54,713 nt of DNA from a virus (IMGVR_UViG_3300030419_006746:1-54713), one strand, 5' to 3'. Positions 38,258-46,647 are shown, counted from the stretch's first letter. The notes: generated by a model from the letters alone, not told the origin. Numbers and translations are program-made.

Positions 38258-38288
38258 TAAATAAAAAAGAATCAGTTAATATGCTTCT

Positions 38289-38555
38289 GTGAACAGTAAA
38301 GGCAAGCTTTGGTTTTTATACGTTGTTCGTTGCAAAGATAACACATTTTACACTGGAATAACAACAGATATAACAAGGCGCCTGAATGAACACAACTCCA
38401 GCAAGCAGGGGGCAAAGTATACTAAAACCAGAAGACCTGTTAAGCTAGTATACTGGACCAGTTTTAAGAATCGTTCAGAGGCACAAAAAGCAGAATATAG
38501 ATTTAAAAAACTAAATCGCACACAAAAGGAGAAAATCATTAATGCAATGGGATGA
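38289..38555 (+). CDS. Stand-alone GIY-YIG nuclease (YhbQ/UPF0213-like)
   Basis: LYVVRC.D..FYTGIT.DI.RRL.EHN...GAKYT..RRPVKLVY...AE. Confidence 0.9.
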   Translation: MNSKGKLWFLYVVRCKDNTFYTGITTDITRRLNEHNSSKQGAKYTKTRRPVKLVYWTSFKNRSEAQKAEYRFKKLNRTQKEKIINAMG

Positions 38556-38799
38556 AGTTTCAACATTAGGTAAATTAGCAGGTTTGTTTTTTATTATTGG
38601 AAAAATACATTTCATTCCGGCAGCCGGCGCAGCTTTTGCATCATCAAGCTATGCGTTGCCCTTGATAGTCATTTATGCAACGTGTGTTGGTTTATCTATC
38701 ATCCTTGCTTTAATTGATATGAAGTTTATGACAATGAATCGAATACCTTCTGAAGAAAAAGTCCGAGAGTGGATGAGGCATTATGAGAGTCGGGGATAG
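38542..38799 (+). CDS. Small two-TM membrane protein
   Basis: Two hydrophobic stretches; SD AAGGAG. Confidence 0.6.
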   Translation: MQWDEVSTLGKLAGLFFIIGKIHFIPAAGAAFASSSYALPLIVIYATCVGLSIILALIDMKFMTMNRIPSEEKVREWMRHYESRG

Positions 38800-39028
38800 A
38801 ATAAGAGATTGCTTGTGGAACAATACCTGTTTCGATCGAGGCAAAGGAACAATAATTGAGATTGTTCCTTTTGACGAGCCAGACCCAGATAGCGATATAC
38901 AGCATTTAAATTATTATTGTGTGATTCGCTGGGACGAGCCATTAGACAGTTTTTCTGCCTGGTCTGAAGATTTACACATTAGCAAAGATTATTTGAATGA
39001 TATTGAGCTGTTGGAGTACGAAGAATGA
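38783..39028 (+). CDS. MKVGDLV-family protein
   Basis: MRVGDRI...KGTIIEI...VIRWD...DIELL. Confidence 0.65.
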   Translation: MRVGDRIRDCLWNNTCFDRGKGTIIEIVPFDEPDPDSDIQHLNYYCVIRWDEPLDSFSAWSEDLHISKDYLNDIELLEYEE

Positions 39029-39189
39029 AAGTCGGTGATTTGGTAAGGCTGAAATACGCAAAATATACGGAGAAGGTTGCAATTGTGACTAAATACAATA
39101 GTTGGAGCGGAGACTGTAGAATTGTATTTGTAGATACAGGCCGGATATGGAATGCAGCCGAATCAGCATTAGTAATAATAAGCCAATGA
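39025..39189 (+). CDS. MKVGDLV-family protein (54 aa, not in the ORF track)
   Basis: MKVGDLVRLKYAKYTEKVAIVTKYNSWSGDCRIVFVDTGRIWNAAESALVIISQ; ATGA overlap. Confidence 0.7.
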   Translation: MKVGDLVRLKYAKYTEKVAIVTKYNSWSGDCRIVFVDTGRIWNAAESALVIISQ

Positions 39190-39245
39190 GCTTGACTTCC
39201 ATAAAAAAATATAATATTATGTAGTCAGTAAATAAAGGATTGTGA

Positions 39246-39368
39246 GCAGGGTAGCTGTAATATATTGATTAAAATTGATCTTCAATGGTTCTGATGAAGA
39301 AGGTACAACCAAATTAAAACGAACCTAGCCTGTTCTCTAGGTAAAAAACAAAAAGAGAGCTACCCTGC
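39246..39368 (+). ncRNA. Candidate structured non-coding RNA
   Basis: A perfect 11-bp closing stem (GCAGGGTAGCT/AGCTACCCTGC) encloses three short stems and is followed by a T-tract. Confidence 0.5.
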
Positions 39369-39377
39369 ATTTTTTAT

Positions 39378-39638
39378 ATGAACGAAGATACTGATTGGGG
39401 CCAATTTAATATCGGAGATTTAGTATTAGTAGGCCCAAAAGATGGTCTTGCTAGTGATGGTTTTATCTTTAAAGTCAATCCACTATACCAATCTGGCAGT
39501 CTCATAGCGATTATTGTTGGCAAAAGAAAAGCCAATCCAAAAAGTCATTGTGATTTCTTTTATAAGGTTCATTTTTGTGATGAAGATTGCCCAGACGATA
39601 GGTGGGTATTTGCTGATGAAATCACACTGATACAATAA
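39378..39638 (+). CDS. MKVGDLV-family protein
   Basis: FNIGDLVLV...IAIIVG...YKVHF...WVFADEITLI. Confidence 0.65.
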   Translation: MNEDTDWGQFNIGDLVLVGPKDGLASDGFIFKVNPLYQSGSLIAIIVGKRKANPKSHCDFFYKVHFCDEDCPDDRWVFADEITLIQ

Positions 39639-39702
39639 TTCTCTTGACTGTTCAAATAATATATAATAGAATAGAGTTAGACAAATCAAAGGAGTTATAC
39701 AA

Positions 39703-40203
39703 ATGAATGCCGGTGACGTTTTGATGAAGAAATGGTGTTTTGGTACTGGCCGCGCGAAAGCTCGTGAAGAAGCAGTTCAAGGTGCCAATGGCGAACTGAA
39801 GACTTACGTGACCTATCCCAAATACCGCACTATCGTCTTTAAAGTCGACTCGGTTTCAAAGAGCGAAGAGACTTTGACGGTGAAAGGCAAGCAGTATGCT
39901 TCTCTAAAAGCACCAGGAAAGGCTACGACGCTCAAACTCATTGAAAGGAATGGATGTTTTTATCCGATTGGACAGAAGCGACCGTTCCTGAAGGTGCAAA
40001 ACCCTGATATTCCAATCACTTCTGGACTTCCTCCGGTTGGAAGCTTGATTTCGGTTAACAAGAAGCACGCCATCGTCACAGAAGTCGGCCGAAATTCTTT
40101 GAAGGTCTGGGTCAACAACGCTTTCAAAACCATCACTTGTAAGCCTGGAACTATCAAGTGGTTCAGCGACAAAGTCCTTTTGAGCGCGATGAAAAAAGCT
40201 TGA
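39703..40203 (+). CDS. Hypothetical basic protein (possibly tandem SH3-like barrels)
   Basis: Own promoter and SD AAGGAG; MNAGDVL start and a second PPVGSLISV...AIVTEV...LKVWV segment. Confidence 0.65.
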   Translation: MNAGDVLMKKWCFGTGRAKAREEAVQGANGELKTYVTYPKYRTIVFKVDSVSKSEETLTVKGKQYASLKAPGKATTLKLIERNGCFYPIGQKRPFLKVQNPDIPITSGLPPVGSLISVNKKHAIVTEVGRNSLKVWVNNAFKTITCKPGTIKWFSDKVLLSAMKKA

Positions 40204-40234
40204 CAACCAAAAAACAATAAAGTAGAATATGGGT

Positions 40235-40444
40235 ATGAAGGTTGGAGATTTAATTCAGTTTGATTATATCAACGCTCATTGTCGCGAGATTAACAAAAAG
40301 ATGGGCATTTTTTTAGGTGAACGTCCTTTAAAGCGCGCTGATGGGACTTTGATTGAAAACTTCGAAATTATGCTGTTTGGAGAAGACATACCGCGATTGT
40401 GCGATAAAGGTCTGAAACGTTGGCTACAAGTGGTGGAAGAATGA
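40235..40444 (+). CDS. MKVGDLV-family protein (leaderless)
   Basis: MKVGDLIQF...MGIFLG...LQVV. Six nt separate TAGAAT from ATG 40235. Confidence 0.7.
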   Translation: MKVGDLIQFDYINAHCREINKKMGIFLGERPLKRADGTLIENFEIMLFGEDIPRLCDKGLKRWLQVVEE

Positions 40445-40620
40445 AAGTAGGCGATCTGGTTCAATTGAGAGCACATTATAAAGATCGCGATCGTTGGGCT
40501 ATAATCTCGGAAGATTGGGGTTATAGTAGCTTTTGTAAAATTGTCTTTGTTGATACGAACGAGACAGCTGAAATTGTAAAAGCAGCTTTGATTGTATACA
40601 GCTGTAAGGACGAAGAATGA
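40441..40620 (+). CDS. MKVGDLV-family protein
   Basis: Start at ATG 40441 (ATGA overlap). Shares C(K/R)IVFVDT with 39025..39189. Confidence 0.7.
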   Translation: MKVGDLVQLRAHYKDRDRWAIISEDWGYSSFCKIVFVDTNETAEIVKAALIVYSCKDEE

Positions 40621-40626
40621 ATTTAT

Positions 40627-40700
40627 GCGCCCGTAGCTCAGTAGGTTAGAGCACCACTCTTATAAGGTGGATGTCCTTGGTTCAAGTCCAAGCGGGCGTA
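40627..40700 (+). tRNA. tRNA-Ile(TAT)
   Basis: Acceptor GCGCCCG/CGGGCGT, D arm GCTC..GAGC, anticodon stem CCACT/GGTGG with loop CTTATAA, T loop GTTCAAGTC. CCA not encoded. Confidence 0.92.
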
Positions 40701-40716
40701 CTGAAAAGGAAAAGAA

Positions 40717-40950
40717 ATGAAAAAAAGAATTCACGTCAATCAACATATAATTCGGCGCAACGGCAAAACTGGTGAAAGAGAACCAGTTATCACGGTTAAG
40801 ACATACAAATCAAACGATTATTGTTACGAAGCGTTGATTGATGGACCTTGTAAGGTCATATATTCACCAGATAAGCCACTATCGTGCGGCGCAAAAGTTT
40901 GGATAGAAACTGAATCAGAAGTTATTTGTGTGCCGGGGAAAGAGGAATAA
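40717..40950 (+). CDS. Conserved phage hypothetical protein
   Basis: IHVNQH.I..N.K...EPVITVK...YSPDKPLSCGAKVWIET, a pattern I recognise from aquatic phages. Confidence 0.7.
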   Translation: MKKRIHVNQHIIRRNGKTGEREPVITVKTYKSNDYCYEALIDGPCKVIYSPDKPLSCGAKVWIETESEVICVPGKEE

Positions 40951-41010
40951 AATGGAGCTAATAAGTATCAAAAGGTTGACATCTAGCGCCAATTGGAGTA
41001 ATATATATCC

Positions 41011-41925
41011 ATGAACTTAGGTTACGCATGTATCAATACACATTTCTCCTCTCTGCCCAAGTCGCAGAGAGTTACTACTAACCGTTCTATGATTCGACGC
41101 ACGTTCGACCAACGCGGCATTGCTTATGCTTCCGAACTTGCGCTCCAAAATATCAAAGACCTTTACACAATCCTACAATGGAACGAAGACAACGACATCA
41201 AGTTTTTTCGTTTGTCTTCCGAGTTCTTTCCTTGGGCATCTGAGTATGACTTCGAGCAACTACCTCACTACAAAAGTATCCAATATTGGGCAAAAAAGTG
41301 TGGTGATTACGCGCGCCTTCACGGTCATCGACTAACCAGTCATCCCGGTCCATTCAACAAGCTTACAAGTCCAAACGAACGTGTTGTTCGAAATACAATC
41401 AAGGACTTAGAAATACATGGTAGGTTTTTTGATTTGTTGGGCTTGCCCCGTTCACCATATGCCAAACTTAACATTCACGTTGGCGCGCACTACAACGACA
41501 AACAGATGGCGTTGTCTAACTTCTGTCGCAACTTCGAGCGGCTATCTGACGGTGTGCGCTCTCGTTTAACTGTGGAGAACGACGACAAGGCATCCTTATA
41601 CAGCACCAAAGAATTGTATGATGAGGTCTACCAACGCATCGGCATTCCTATTGTCCACGATGTTCACCATCACAAGTTTTGTACTGGTGGTATCGACGAC
41701 GAAGAAGCAATGCTTACTGCCGCTATGACTTGGGGTGACGTCAAGCCTGTCATTCACTACTCTCAGTCCCGTGCTATCGAGCACAATGATCCCAAGATTC
41801 GGGGCAATGCGCATTCGGATTCTTATTGGGAACCTGTGGATACTTATGGACTTGATCTTGACGTTATGCTAGAATGTAAACACAAAGAACTTGGCTTGTT
41901 CAAAATGCGTGAGCTTTTATCTTGA
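41011..41925 (+). CDS. uvsE: UV-damage endonuclease (UVDE)
   Basis: LGYACIN, FFRLSS, HPG.F, NIHVG, LTVENDD, HDVHHH, HYS, AHSD, MLECK.KE. Confidence 0.93.
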   Translation: MNLGYACINTHFSSLPKSQRVTTNRSMIRRTFDQRGIAYASELALQNIKDLYTILQWNEDNDIKFFRLSSEFFPWASEYDFEQLPHYKSIQYWAKKCGDYARLHGHRLTSHPGPFNKLTSPNERVVRNTIKDLEIHGRFFDLLGLPRSPYAKLNIHVGAHYNDKQMALSNFCRNFERLSDGVRSRLTVENDDKASLYSTKELYDEVYQRIGIPIVHDVHHHKFCTGGIDDEEAMLTAAMTWGDVKPVIHYSQSRAIEHNDPKIRGNAHSDSYWEPVDTYGLDLDVMLECKHKELGLFKMRELLS

Positions 41926-41961
41926 CAAATAAAAAAGAATAAGATAGAATATAGAAAATAT

Positions 41962-42035
41962 GCTCCCGTAGCTCAGTTGGTCAGAGCAAGCGGCTCATAA
42001 CCGCCAGGTCGTAGGTTCAAGTCCTACCGGGGGTA
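41962..42035 (+). tRNA. tRNA with CAT anticodon, most likely Ile2 (lysidine-modified); Met not excluded
   Basis: Cloverleaf with anticodon arm GCGG-CTCATAA-CCGC, paired 1:72 and no initiator GGG/CCC stem. The body resembles bacterial Ile2 tRNAs. Confidence 0.88.
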
Positions 42036-42107
42036 CTAAAAACTCTTGACAAGTAAATAAAAGCAATTTAAGATACATAAATAACCAAAACAAAGGAACA
42101 AAAGATT

Positions 42108-42599
42108 ATGACACCAGAACGCGAATATCTTAATTGTTATAAGCGAATGGCAGAGATTTGCGAAGAGCAAGGATGGGGAGATCCATTTAGCTATGCTCGC
42201 TCAAAAGAAATCTATGCAGCAATTAAGCTAGGCCACAAAATTGCCGATACTTATAGCGGAGCAGATGCCTTTTGTCAACAAGGAACACCACTAGAATATA
42301 AATCAACCATTCAGGATAAGGTGCAAGGCAGTTATACTGGCATCTCTGTGCAAGATACCTGGAAAGAACAGGAGAAGTACCTGAAGGAAGAAAAAATCCT
42401 TCCATACGAGCATTTTTACAACAGATTTAAAAATGGAAAACTGGTTGAATCTTGGAGTATGTCTGGAGAGAAAGTTTTGCAAATTCTTCTTCCTAAACTA
42501 AAGAAAGCATATCCAAGCGTGCTTAAGAAAAAGGACCCTCGTTTGAGTGCTAATGTTACTTGGGCAGAGATTCAAAAACACGGAAAAAAGGTGATTTAA
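42108..42599 (+). CDS. Putative PD-(D/E)xK restriction-type endonuclease
   Basis: SRE-like SKE...GADAF...LEYKS motif; directly upstream of a DNA methyltransferase. Confidence 0.55.
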   Translation: MTPEREYLNCYKRMAEICEEQGWGDPFSYARSKEIYAAIKLGHKIADTYSGADAFCQQGTPLEYKSTIQDKVQGSYTGISVQDTWKEQEKYLKEEKILPYEHFYNRFKNGKLVESWSMSGEKVLQILLPKLKKAYPSVLKKKDPRLSANVTWAEIQKHGKKVI

Positions 42600-42652
42600 G
42601 TTTTAGCTTAAATTGTAGTACAATAATCATAAACTGTAGGAGGAGCTTCCTT

Positions 42653-43549
42653 TTGTTTAACATAAAATTATCTGATGGTCTGTCTTTTCTAGAAAACATT
42701 CCAGACAATTCCGTTGATTTAGTATTAACTGATCCGCCCTACATCACATCCAGAGAAACTGGTATGGATAAATGGGTGGATCACGTCAATAAGCAAGATG
42801 GCGAGAATGCCCAAAATGTAAAAACAGAACAAGAGTGGTTAAATTATAAAACAAGCGAAGAATGGTCGGCCTGGATGGATAGCGGCAATGTTGCTCAAGA
42901 AAAAAGGGAAAAGAAGCTAAAAGGATTAAGAAATAATTTTTTAAAGTATGGAAGCATTTATGGCAAAAGGTATGCAGTGAGAACCAATTATGGCGAATGG
43001 GACTCCAAGTTTACAATGGAAAAGCTGAATTTATTTATTAAGCACTTTTATCGTGTTCTTCGTCCTGGCGGAACTTGTATTGTTTTTTTTGATATTTGGA
43101 AATTGTCTTACCTGAAAGAACAACTTGAAGGTGCAAAGTTTAAACAATTGAGATTCATTGAGTGGATAAAGACAAATCCGCAGCCTTTGAATAGCAGCAT
43201 AAACTATCTTACCAATTGCAGAGAGATTGCACTTCTTGGTGTAAAAAAGGGAAGCCCAACTTTTAATAGTAAATATGATAATGCCATTTATGAATATCCG
43301 ATTCAAGGTGGCAAAGACAGGTTTCATCCAACGCAAAAGAGTCTGCCTTTGTTTGAGGAATTAGTCAAAAAACATTCAAATGAGGGAGACACCGTGTTGG
43401 ATTGTTTTTTAGGATCGGGGACTACCGCTGTTGCCGCCTTGAATTCAAATAGAAAATTTACTGGATGTGAACTGGACAAAGAATATTACACGAAAAGCTT
43501 GGAGAGAATAAATAAACACATACGAGAAGATAAAACACTTGACATTTAA
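42653..43549 (+). CDS. N4-C/N6-A DNA methyltransferase, beta class
   Basis: DLVLTDPPY...HPTQK...VLDCFLGSGTT...GCE. Start set at TTG 42653 after AGGAGG. Confidence 0.9.
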   Translation: MFNIKLSDGLSFLENIPDNSVDLVLTDPPYITSRETGMDKWVDHVNKQDGENAQNVKTEQEWLNYKTSEEWSAWMDSGNVAQEKREKKLKGLRNNFLKYGSIYGKRYAVRTNYGEWDSKFTMEKLNLFIKHFYRVLRPGGTCIVFFDIWKLSYLKEQLEGAKFKQLRFIEWIKTNPQPLNSSINYLTNCREIALLGVKKGSPTFNSKYDNAIYEYPIQGGKDRFHPTQKSLPLFEELVKKHSNEGDTVLDCFLGSGTTAVAALNSNRKFTGCELDKEYYTKSLERINKHIREDKTLDI

Positions 43550-43572
43550 ATAAAGTTTATTATAATATAGAT

Positions 43573-43638
43573 ATCTTCATCATTGCCTTTTGGAATGGTG
43601 GAGATTTTACTTGCTTATTATAAGGAGAAAATACTATG
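43573..43638 (+). promoter_or_regulatory. ROSE-like RNA thermometer in the hsp20 5' UTR
   Basis: A 5' hairpin (43573-43605) is followed by CTTGCTTA/TAAGGAG, which pairs UUGCU with the SD and leaves a bulged G. Confidence 0.65.
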
Positions 43639-44070
43639 AGCACAACACTTACAACTTATCGCCCAGGTCTGTTGGGCAGTCGCGTCTTTGATGACGTATT
43701 CGATTCATTCTTTGTTGATTTTCCGAGACATCTGAAACAATCAACACAAGGCTACCCAGTCGCTGATATTTATCGGGACGATAATGGAAACACTGTGATG
43801 GAATTTGCTTTGGCTGGATTTAACAAAGAGCAACTCTCAATCGACATTCGACCAGATAAAAGAAGTATCACGGTTTCTGCCAATACGGATGTTGATGAGG
43901 ATAGCAATGGCTTCAGAAGGATTGCGCGTCGAAATTTCACTAAAACTTACGTAAATTACGACAACAATCTTGACCTTTCGGAGGCAAAAGCATCCTTTGA
44001 AAATGGGCTGCTGACTGTGGTGGTACCTCCTCGCGCTGAACTACAGCCCGTTAAGATCGCCATTTCCTAA
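43636..44070 (+). CDS. Small heat-shock protein (Hsp20/alpha-crystallin)
   Basis: YPVADIY, FALAGF, IARRNF, ASFENGLLTV. Confidence 0.93.
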   Translation: MSTTLTTYRPGLLGSRVFDDVFDSFFVDFPRHLKQSTQGYPVADIYRDDNGNTVMEFALAGFNKEQLSIDIRPDKRSITVSANTDVDEDSNGFRRIARRNFTKTYVNYDNNLDLSEAKASFENGLLTVVVPPRAELQPVKIAIS

Positions 44071-44077
44071 ATGATTT

Positions 44078-44105
44078 GGGGCGGCTCCATCGCCGCCCCT
44101 TTTTT
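44078..44105 (+). terminator. Rho-independent terminator after hsp20
   Basis: GGGGCGGC-TCCATC-GCCGCCCC followed by T6. Confidence 0.9.
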
Positions 44106-44141
44106 CTTGACTTCCTAAAAAACTTAAATTAGAATACACTC

Positions 44142-44327
44142 ATGAATAGAAAAGCTCCCAAAGTTGGCGATCTTGTATCGTGGAACGATGACCTCGCTTT
44201 GGTGATAGGTACGAGAGGCCTTGTAGTAAACCTTTGCTTTCTCAACGAGGACCACCCATTCAACGGGCGCACACTCGGCTCGTGGTTTAGCCGGGGCGCT
44301 GTTAAAATAATTTCGAGGGCCAGATGA
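44142..44327 (+). CDS. MKVGDLV-family protein (leaderless)
   Basis: PKVGDLVSW...LALVIG...WF...VKII. Confidence 0.7.
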   Translation: MNRKAPKVGDLVSWNDDLALVIGTRGLVVNLCFLNEDHPFNGRTLGSWFSRGAVKIISRAR

Positions 44328-44518
44328 AAGTAGGCGACTTGGTGATGATCAAAGATAACGGAGTACTGGAAGGCCAATTGGCACTTGTCGTTCGTGAGGT
44401 GTCCAATAATTTGAGGCTTTCGAAACGATATAACATATCAGCAGTTGGGTCTTGGTATTGGCCTCCAAATTTGCCTTTCTTTCAACATCAACTAGAGATC
44501 ATCAATGAAAGTAGGTGA
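44324..44518 (+). CDS. MKVGDLV-family protein
   Basis: MKVGDLVMI...LALVV...FFQHQLEII. Confidence 0.7.
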   Translation: MKVGDLVMIKDNGVLEGQLALVVREVSNNLRLSKRYNISAVGSWYWPPNLPFFQHQLEIINESR

Positions 44519-44708
44519 TCTGGTTCGTTGCCCCGGCCTCACCGTCGACGTGGTGCCCTGGTTCGGTGTAGTCATCGATGTCCTGCAAGAAGTTGATGAG
44601 TTTGGCTTTGTGAAGGATCCAAATGACTGGGCTTACATAGTGTTGACGACACACCAGCCGGCTTTACGCCGCAAAGTATTCGAGTGCGAAGTGGAAAAGG
44701 TTTCCTAA
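44505..44708 (+). CDS. MKVGDLV-family protein
   Basis: MKVGDLVRC...FGVVIDV...FECEVEKV. Confidence 0.7.
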   Translation: MKVGDLVRCPGLTVDVVPWFGVVIDVLQEVDEFGFVKDPNDWAYIVLTTHQPALRRKVFECEVEKVS

Positions 44709-44726
44709 TGACTAAATACCTACGTT

Positions 44727-44969
44727 ATGATGGAGGTTGGCGACCTAGTAAAATGGCCCCTTTTTTTTGGAGAAGGGTGGGACTACGGGATCATTACCGA
44801 CATCATACACGAGAAAATGCCTGATGGCGAAGCAGTGTATGTACATTGGGTAAAATTTCCTCAAAATAACAGTTATATTTCACCTCATTGGCTTCTTGAT
44901 GCCGCAGGCAAGGATATGGACCTAGAAAACTTTAACAAGCTTCTTGACATCAAAAAAGACTTAAATTAA
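44727..44969 (+). CDS. MKVGDLV-family protein
   Basis: MEVGDLVKW...YGIITDI...VHWVKF. Confidence 0.7.
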   Translation: MMEVGDLVKWPLFFGEGWDYGIITDIIHEKMPDGEAVYVHWVKFPQNNSYISPHWLLDAAGKDMDLENFNKLLDIKKDLN

Positions 44970-44978
44970 AATAGAATT

Positions 44979-45161
44979 ATGAAGGTTGGGGATTTAGTTA
45001 AATACAGAACCAATGCGGACTATTTCGGGCCCGAGGTGTATGGTATTATCACTCATTATAAAGAAAAGCCACACACACTAACCATTTTATGGAGTCTAGA
45101 CGGGGGCTTCTTCACGCAGAGACGCCAGAAATCCGACAGGATAGAGGTTGTTAGTGAGTAA
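44979..45161 (+). CDS. MKVGDLV-family protein (leaderless)
   Basis: MKVGDLVKY...YGIIT...ILW...IEVVSE. Confidence 0.7.
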   Translation: MKVGDLVKYRTNADYFGPEVYGIITHYKEKPHTLTILWSLDGGFFTQRRQKSDRIEVVSE

Positions 45162-45180
45162 TTTAAACTAGTTATTATAT

Positions 45181-45759
45181 ATGCCGAATTATCCACCTAC
45201 AGTAATTGAACAAACAAATCACGGCGAACGTGCTTACGATATATACTCACGTTTATTGATGGAAAGAATTATATTTCTTGGAACTCCAATTAACGATAGT
45301 ATAGCAAATTCGATTATAGCACAACTTTTATTTCTTGACCAAGATTCAGATGACGATATTTTATTATATATTAATTCTCCAGGCGGTATCGTTACAGCTG
45401 GTTTAGGAATATTAGATACGATGGACCACGTTAAGTCTGATATATCAACTATTTGTATCGGGCAGGCAGCTTCAATGGGCGCTTTGCTTTTGTGTTCAGG
45501 AGAAAAGGGAAAACGAATGATTCTTCCAAATGCGCGAGTGCTTATACATCAACCTCTCGGTGGCGCTAGTGGTCAAGCTAGCGATATTGAAATCCAAGCA
45601 CACGAAATCGTGCGATTGAAAAACCGATTAAATAAAATAATGGCTGCAGCTACAGGAAAAACAGAAGAGCAAATCAGGATAGACACAGACCGCGACAACA
45701 TTATGAATGCTGAAGAAGCATTGGCCTACGGATTAGTCGATAAAATACTTTACAAATAA
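45181..45759 (+). CDS. clpP: ClpP protease subunit
   Basis: [22 protein letters not shown] (Ser), IHQP (His), DRDN (Asp), YGLVD. Confidence 0.95.
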   Translation: MPNYPPTVIEQTNHGERAYDIYSRLLMERIIFLGTPINDSIANSIIAQLLFLDQDSDDDILLYINSPGGIVTAGLGILDTMDHVKSDISTICIGQAASMGALLLCSGEKGKRMILPNARVLIHQPLGGASGQASDIEIQAHEIVRLKNRLNKIMAAATGKTEEQIRIDTDRDNIMNAEEALAYGLVDKILYK

Positions 45760-45783
45760 ATAAAACAAAATTAGAATAGGGAT

Positions 45784-46011
45784 ATGAAAGTCGGTGATTT
45801 AGTAAAGATCAAACGAGCTGGGATTGGAGTGCCAAAAGATACACTTGGCCTGATTATTCGCTGCTCGCCAACTTCGACGTTGACGGCCGACGGTACGCGC
45901 TTGATCAGCCTCTTCGAAGTTCAAATTTGCGATTCACACAGAATCGTGAGACGGATCGACCGGGACCTGGAAGTCGTCAATAGAGGGTCAGAATCTTTTT
46001 GTTCGAACTAA
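45784..46011 (+). CDS. MKVGDLV-family protein (leaderless)
   Basis: MKVGDLVKI...LGLII...FEVQI...DLEVV. Confidence 0.7.
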   Translation: MKVGDLVKIKRAGIGVPKDTLGLIIRCSPTSTLTADGTRLISLFEVQICDSHRIVRRIDRDLEVVNRGSESFCSN

Positions 46012-46039
46012 TTAAATACTTATTCAAAGGGGAGAATAA

Positions 46040-46177
46040 ATGTTTTATACTATAACCTGTACAGCACTAGTAGTCGTAGCTTTTGTAATACGGCTATCGA
46101 TCAAACGAGAAGAACTTCACAACCGCCTTCTACAAAATCTTGATAATCCTGTTGACAATCAAAAAAACTTAAATTAG
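46040..46177 (+). CDS. 45-aa single-TM peptide (not in the ORF track)
   Basis: SD GGGGAG; MFYTITCTALVVVAFVIRLSIKREEL... Confidence 0.5.
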   Translation: MFYTITCTALVVVAFVIRLSIKREELHNRLLQNLDNPVDNQKNLN

Positions 46178-46207
46178 AATATTCACAGAACGATCGAGGG
46201 AGACGAA

Positions 46208-46372
46208 GTGAGCAAACGACAGCTTTATAAGATTATTCGTTTTTACGCAGCGCAGTGGAGATCTCCTGATATTATCAAAAGAAATCTCACTCTCGATGAG
46301 GCACAGGCGCATTGTCGCGACCCTTTGACTATGAAAGAGGGTCAGTGGTTCGATGGCTATGCCGCACAATAA
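46208..46372 (+). CDS. 54-aa conserved phage protein (not in the ORF track)
   Basis: Promoter at 46152, SD GAGGGAG, GTG start; YKIIRF...LTLDEAQAHC.DP...WFDGY. Confidence 0.65.
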   Translation: MSKRQLYKIIRFYAAQWRSPDIIKRNLTLDEAQAHCRDPLTMKEGQWFDGYAAQ

Positions 46373-46373
46373 A

Positions 46374-46520
46374 ATGAAAGTCGGTGATTTAGTCAAAAAA
46401 CGAAGCAATTACAATATCATCGGAGTGGTGGTGAAAGTTGAAGGCAGTTATTGTCGCGTAAACTTTGGAGATTACGGCACTTTCTGGCAATCTCCATCAC
46501 GGATCGCGCTTTTGAGCTAA
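46374..46520 (+). CDS. MKVGDLV-family protein (48 aa, not in the ORF track)
   Basis: MKVGDLVKKRSNYNIIGVVVKVEGSYCRVNFGDYGTFWQSPSRIALLS. Confidence 0.7.
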   Translation: MKVGDLVKKRSNYNIIGVVVKVEGSYCRVNFGDYGTFWQSPSRIALLS

Positions 46521-46529
46521 TGAAAAGAT

Positions 46530-46601
46530 GCCCCTATAGTCTAGTGGAAAGGCAACGGTCTTCTAAACCGTCATACGCTGGTTCGAATCCAGCTAGGGGT
46601 A
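46530..46601 (+). tRNA. tRNA-Arg(TCT)
   Basis: Acceptor GCCCCTA/TAGGGGT, anticodon arm ACGGT-CTTCTAA-ACCGT, T arm GCTGG-TTCGAAT-CCAGC. Confidence 0.88.
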
Positions 46602-46647
46602 CTATATATAACTTGACAAAGAAAAAAAGATAAAATAGAATATAATA

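Noticed and set aside
38289-38555. GIY-YIG gene as a homing endonuclease / mobile element
   Set aside because: It is only 88 aa, lacks a DNA-binding extension, and resembles stand-alone YhbQ-type nucleases.
39287-39330. CTGATGA as a hammerhead ribozyme core
   Set aside because: No correctly placed GAAA with stem II, and no stem I/III pairing could be built.
46451-46633. 60-aa ORF in the track
   Set aside because: It overlaps tRNA-Arg and an MKVGDLV gene in another frame.
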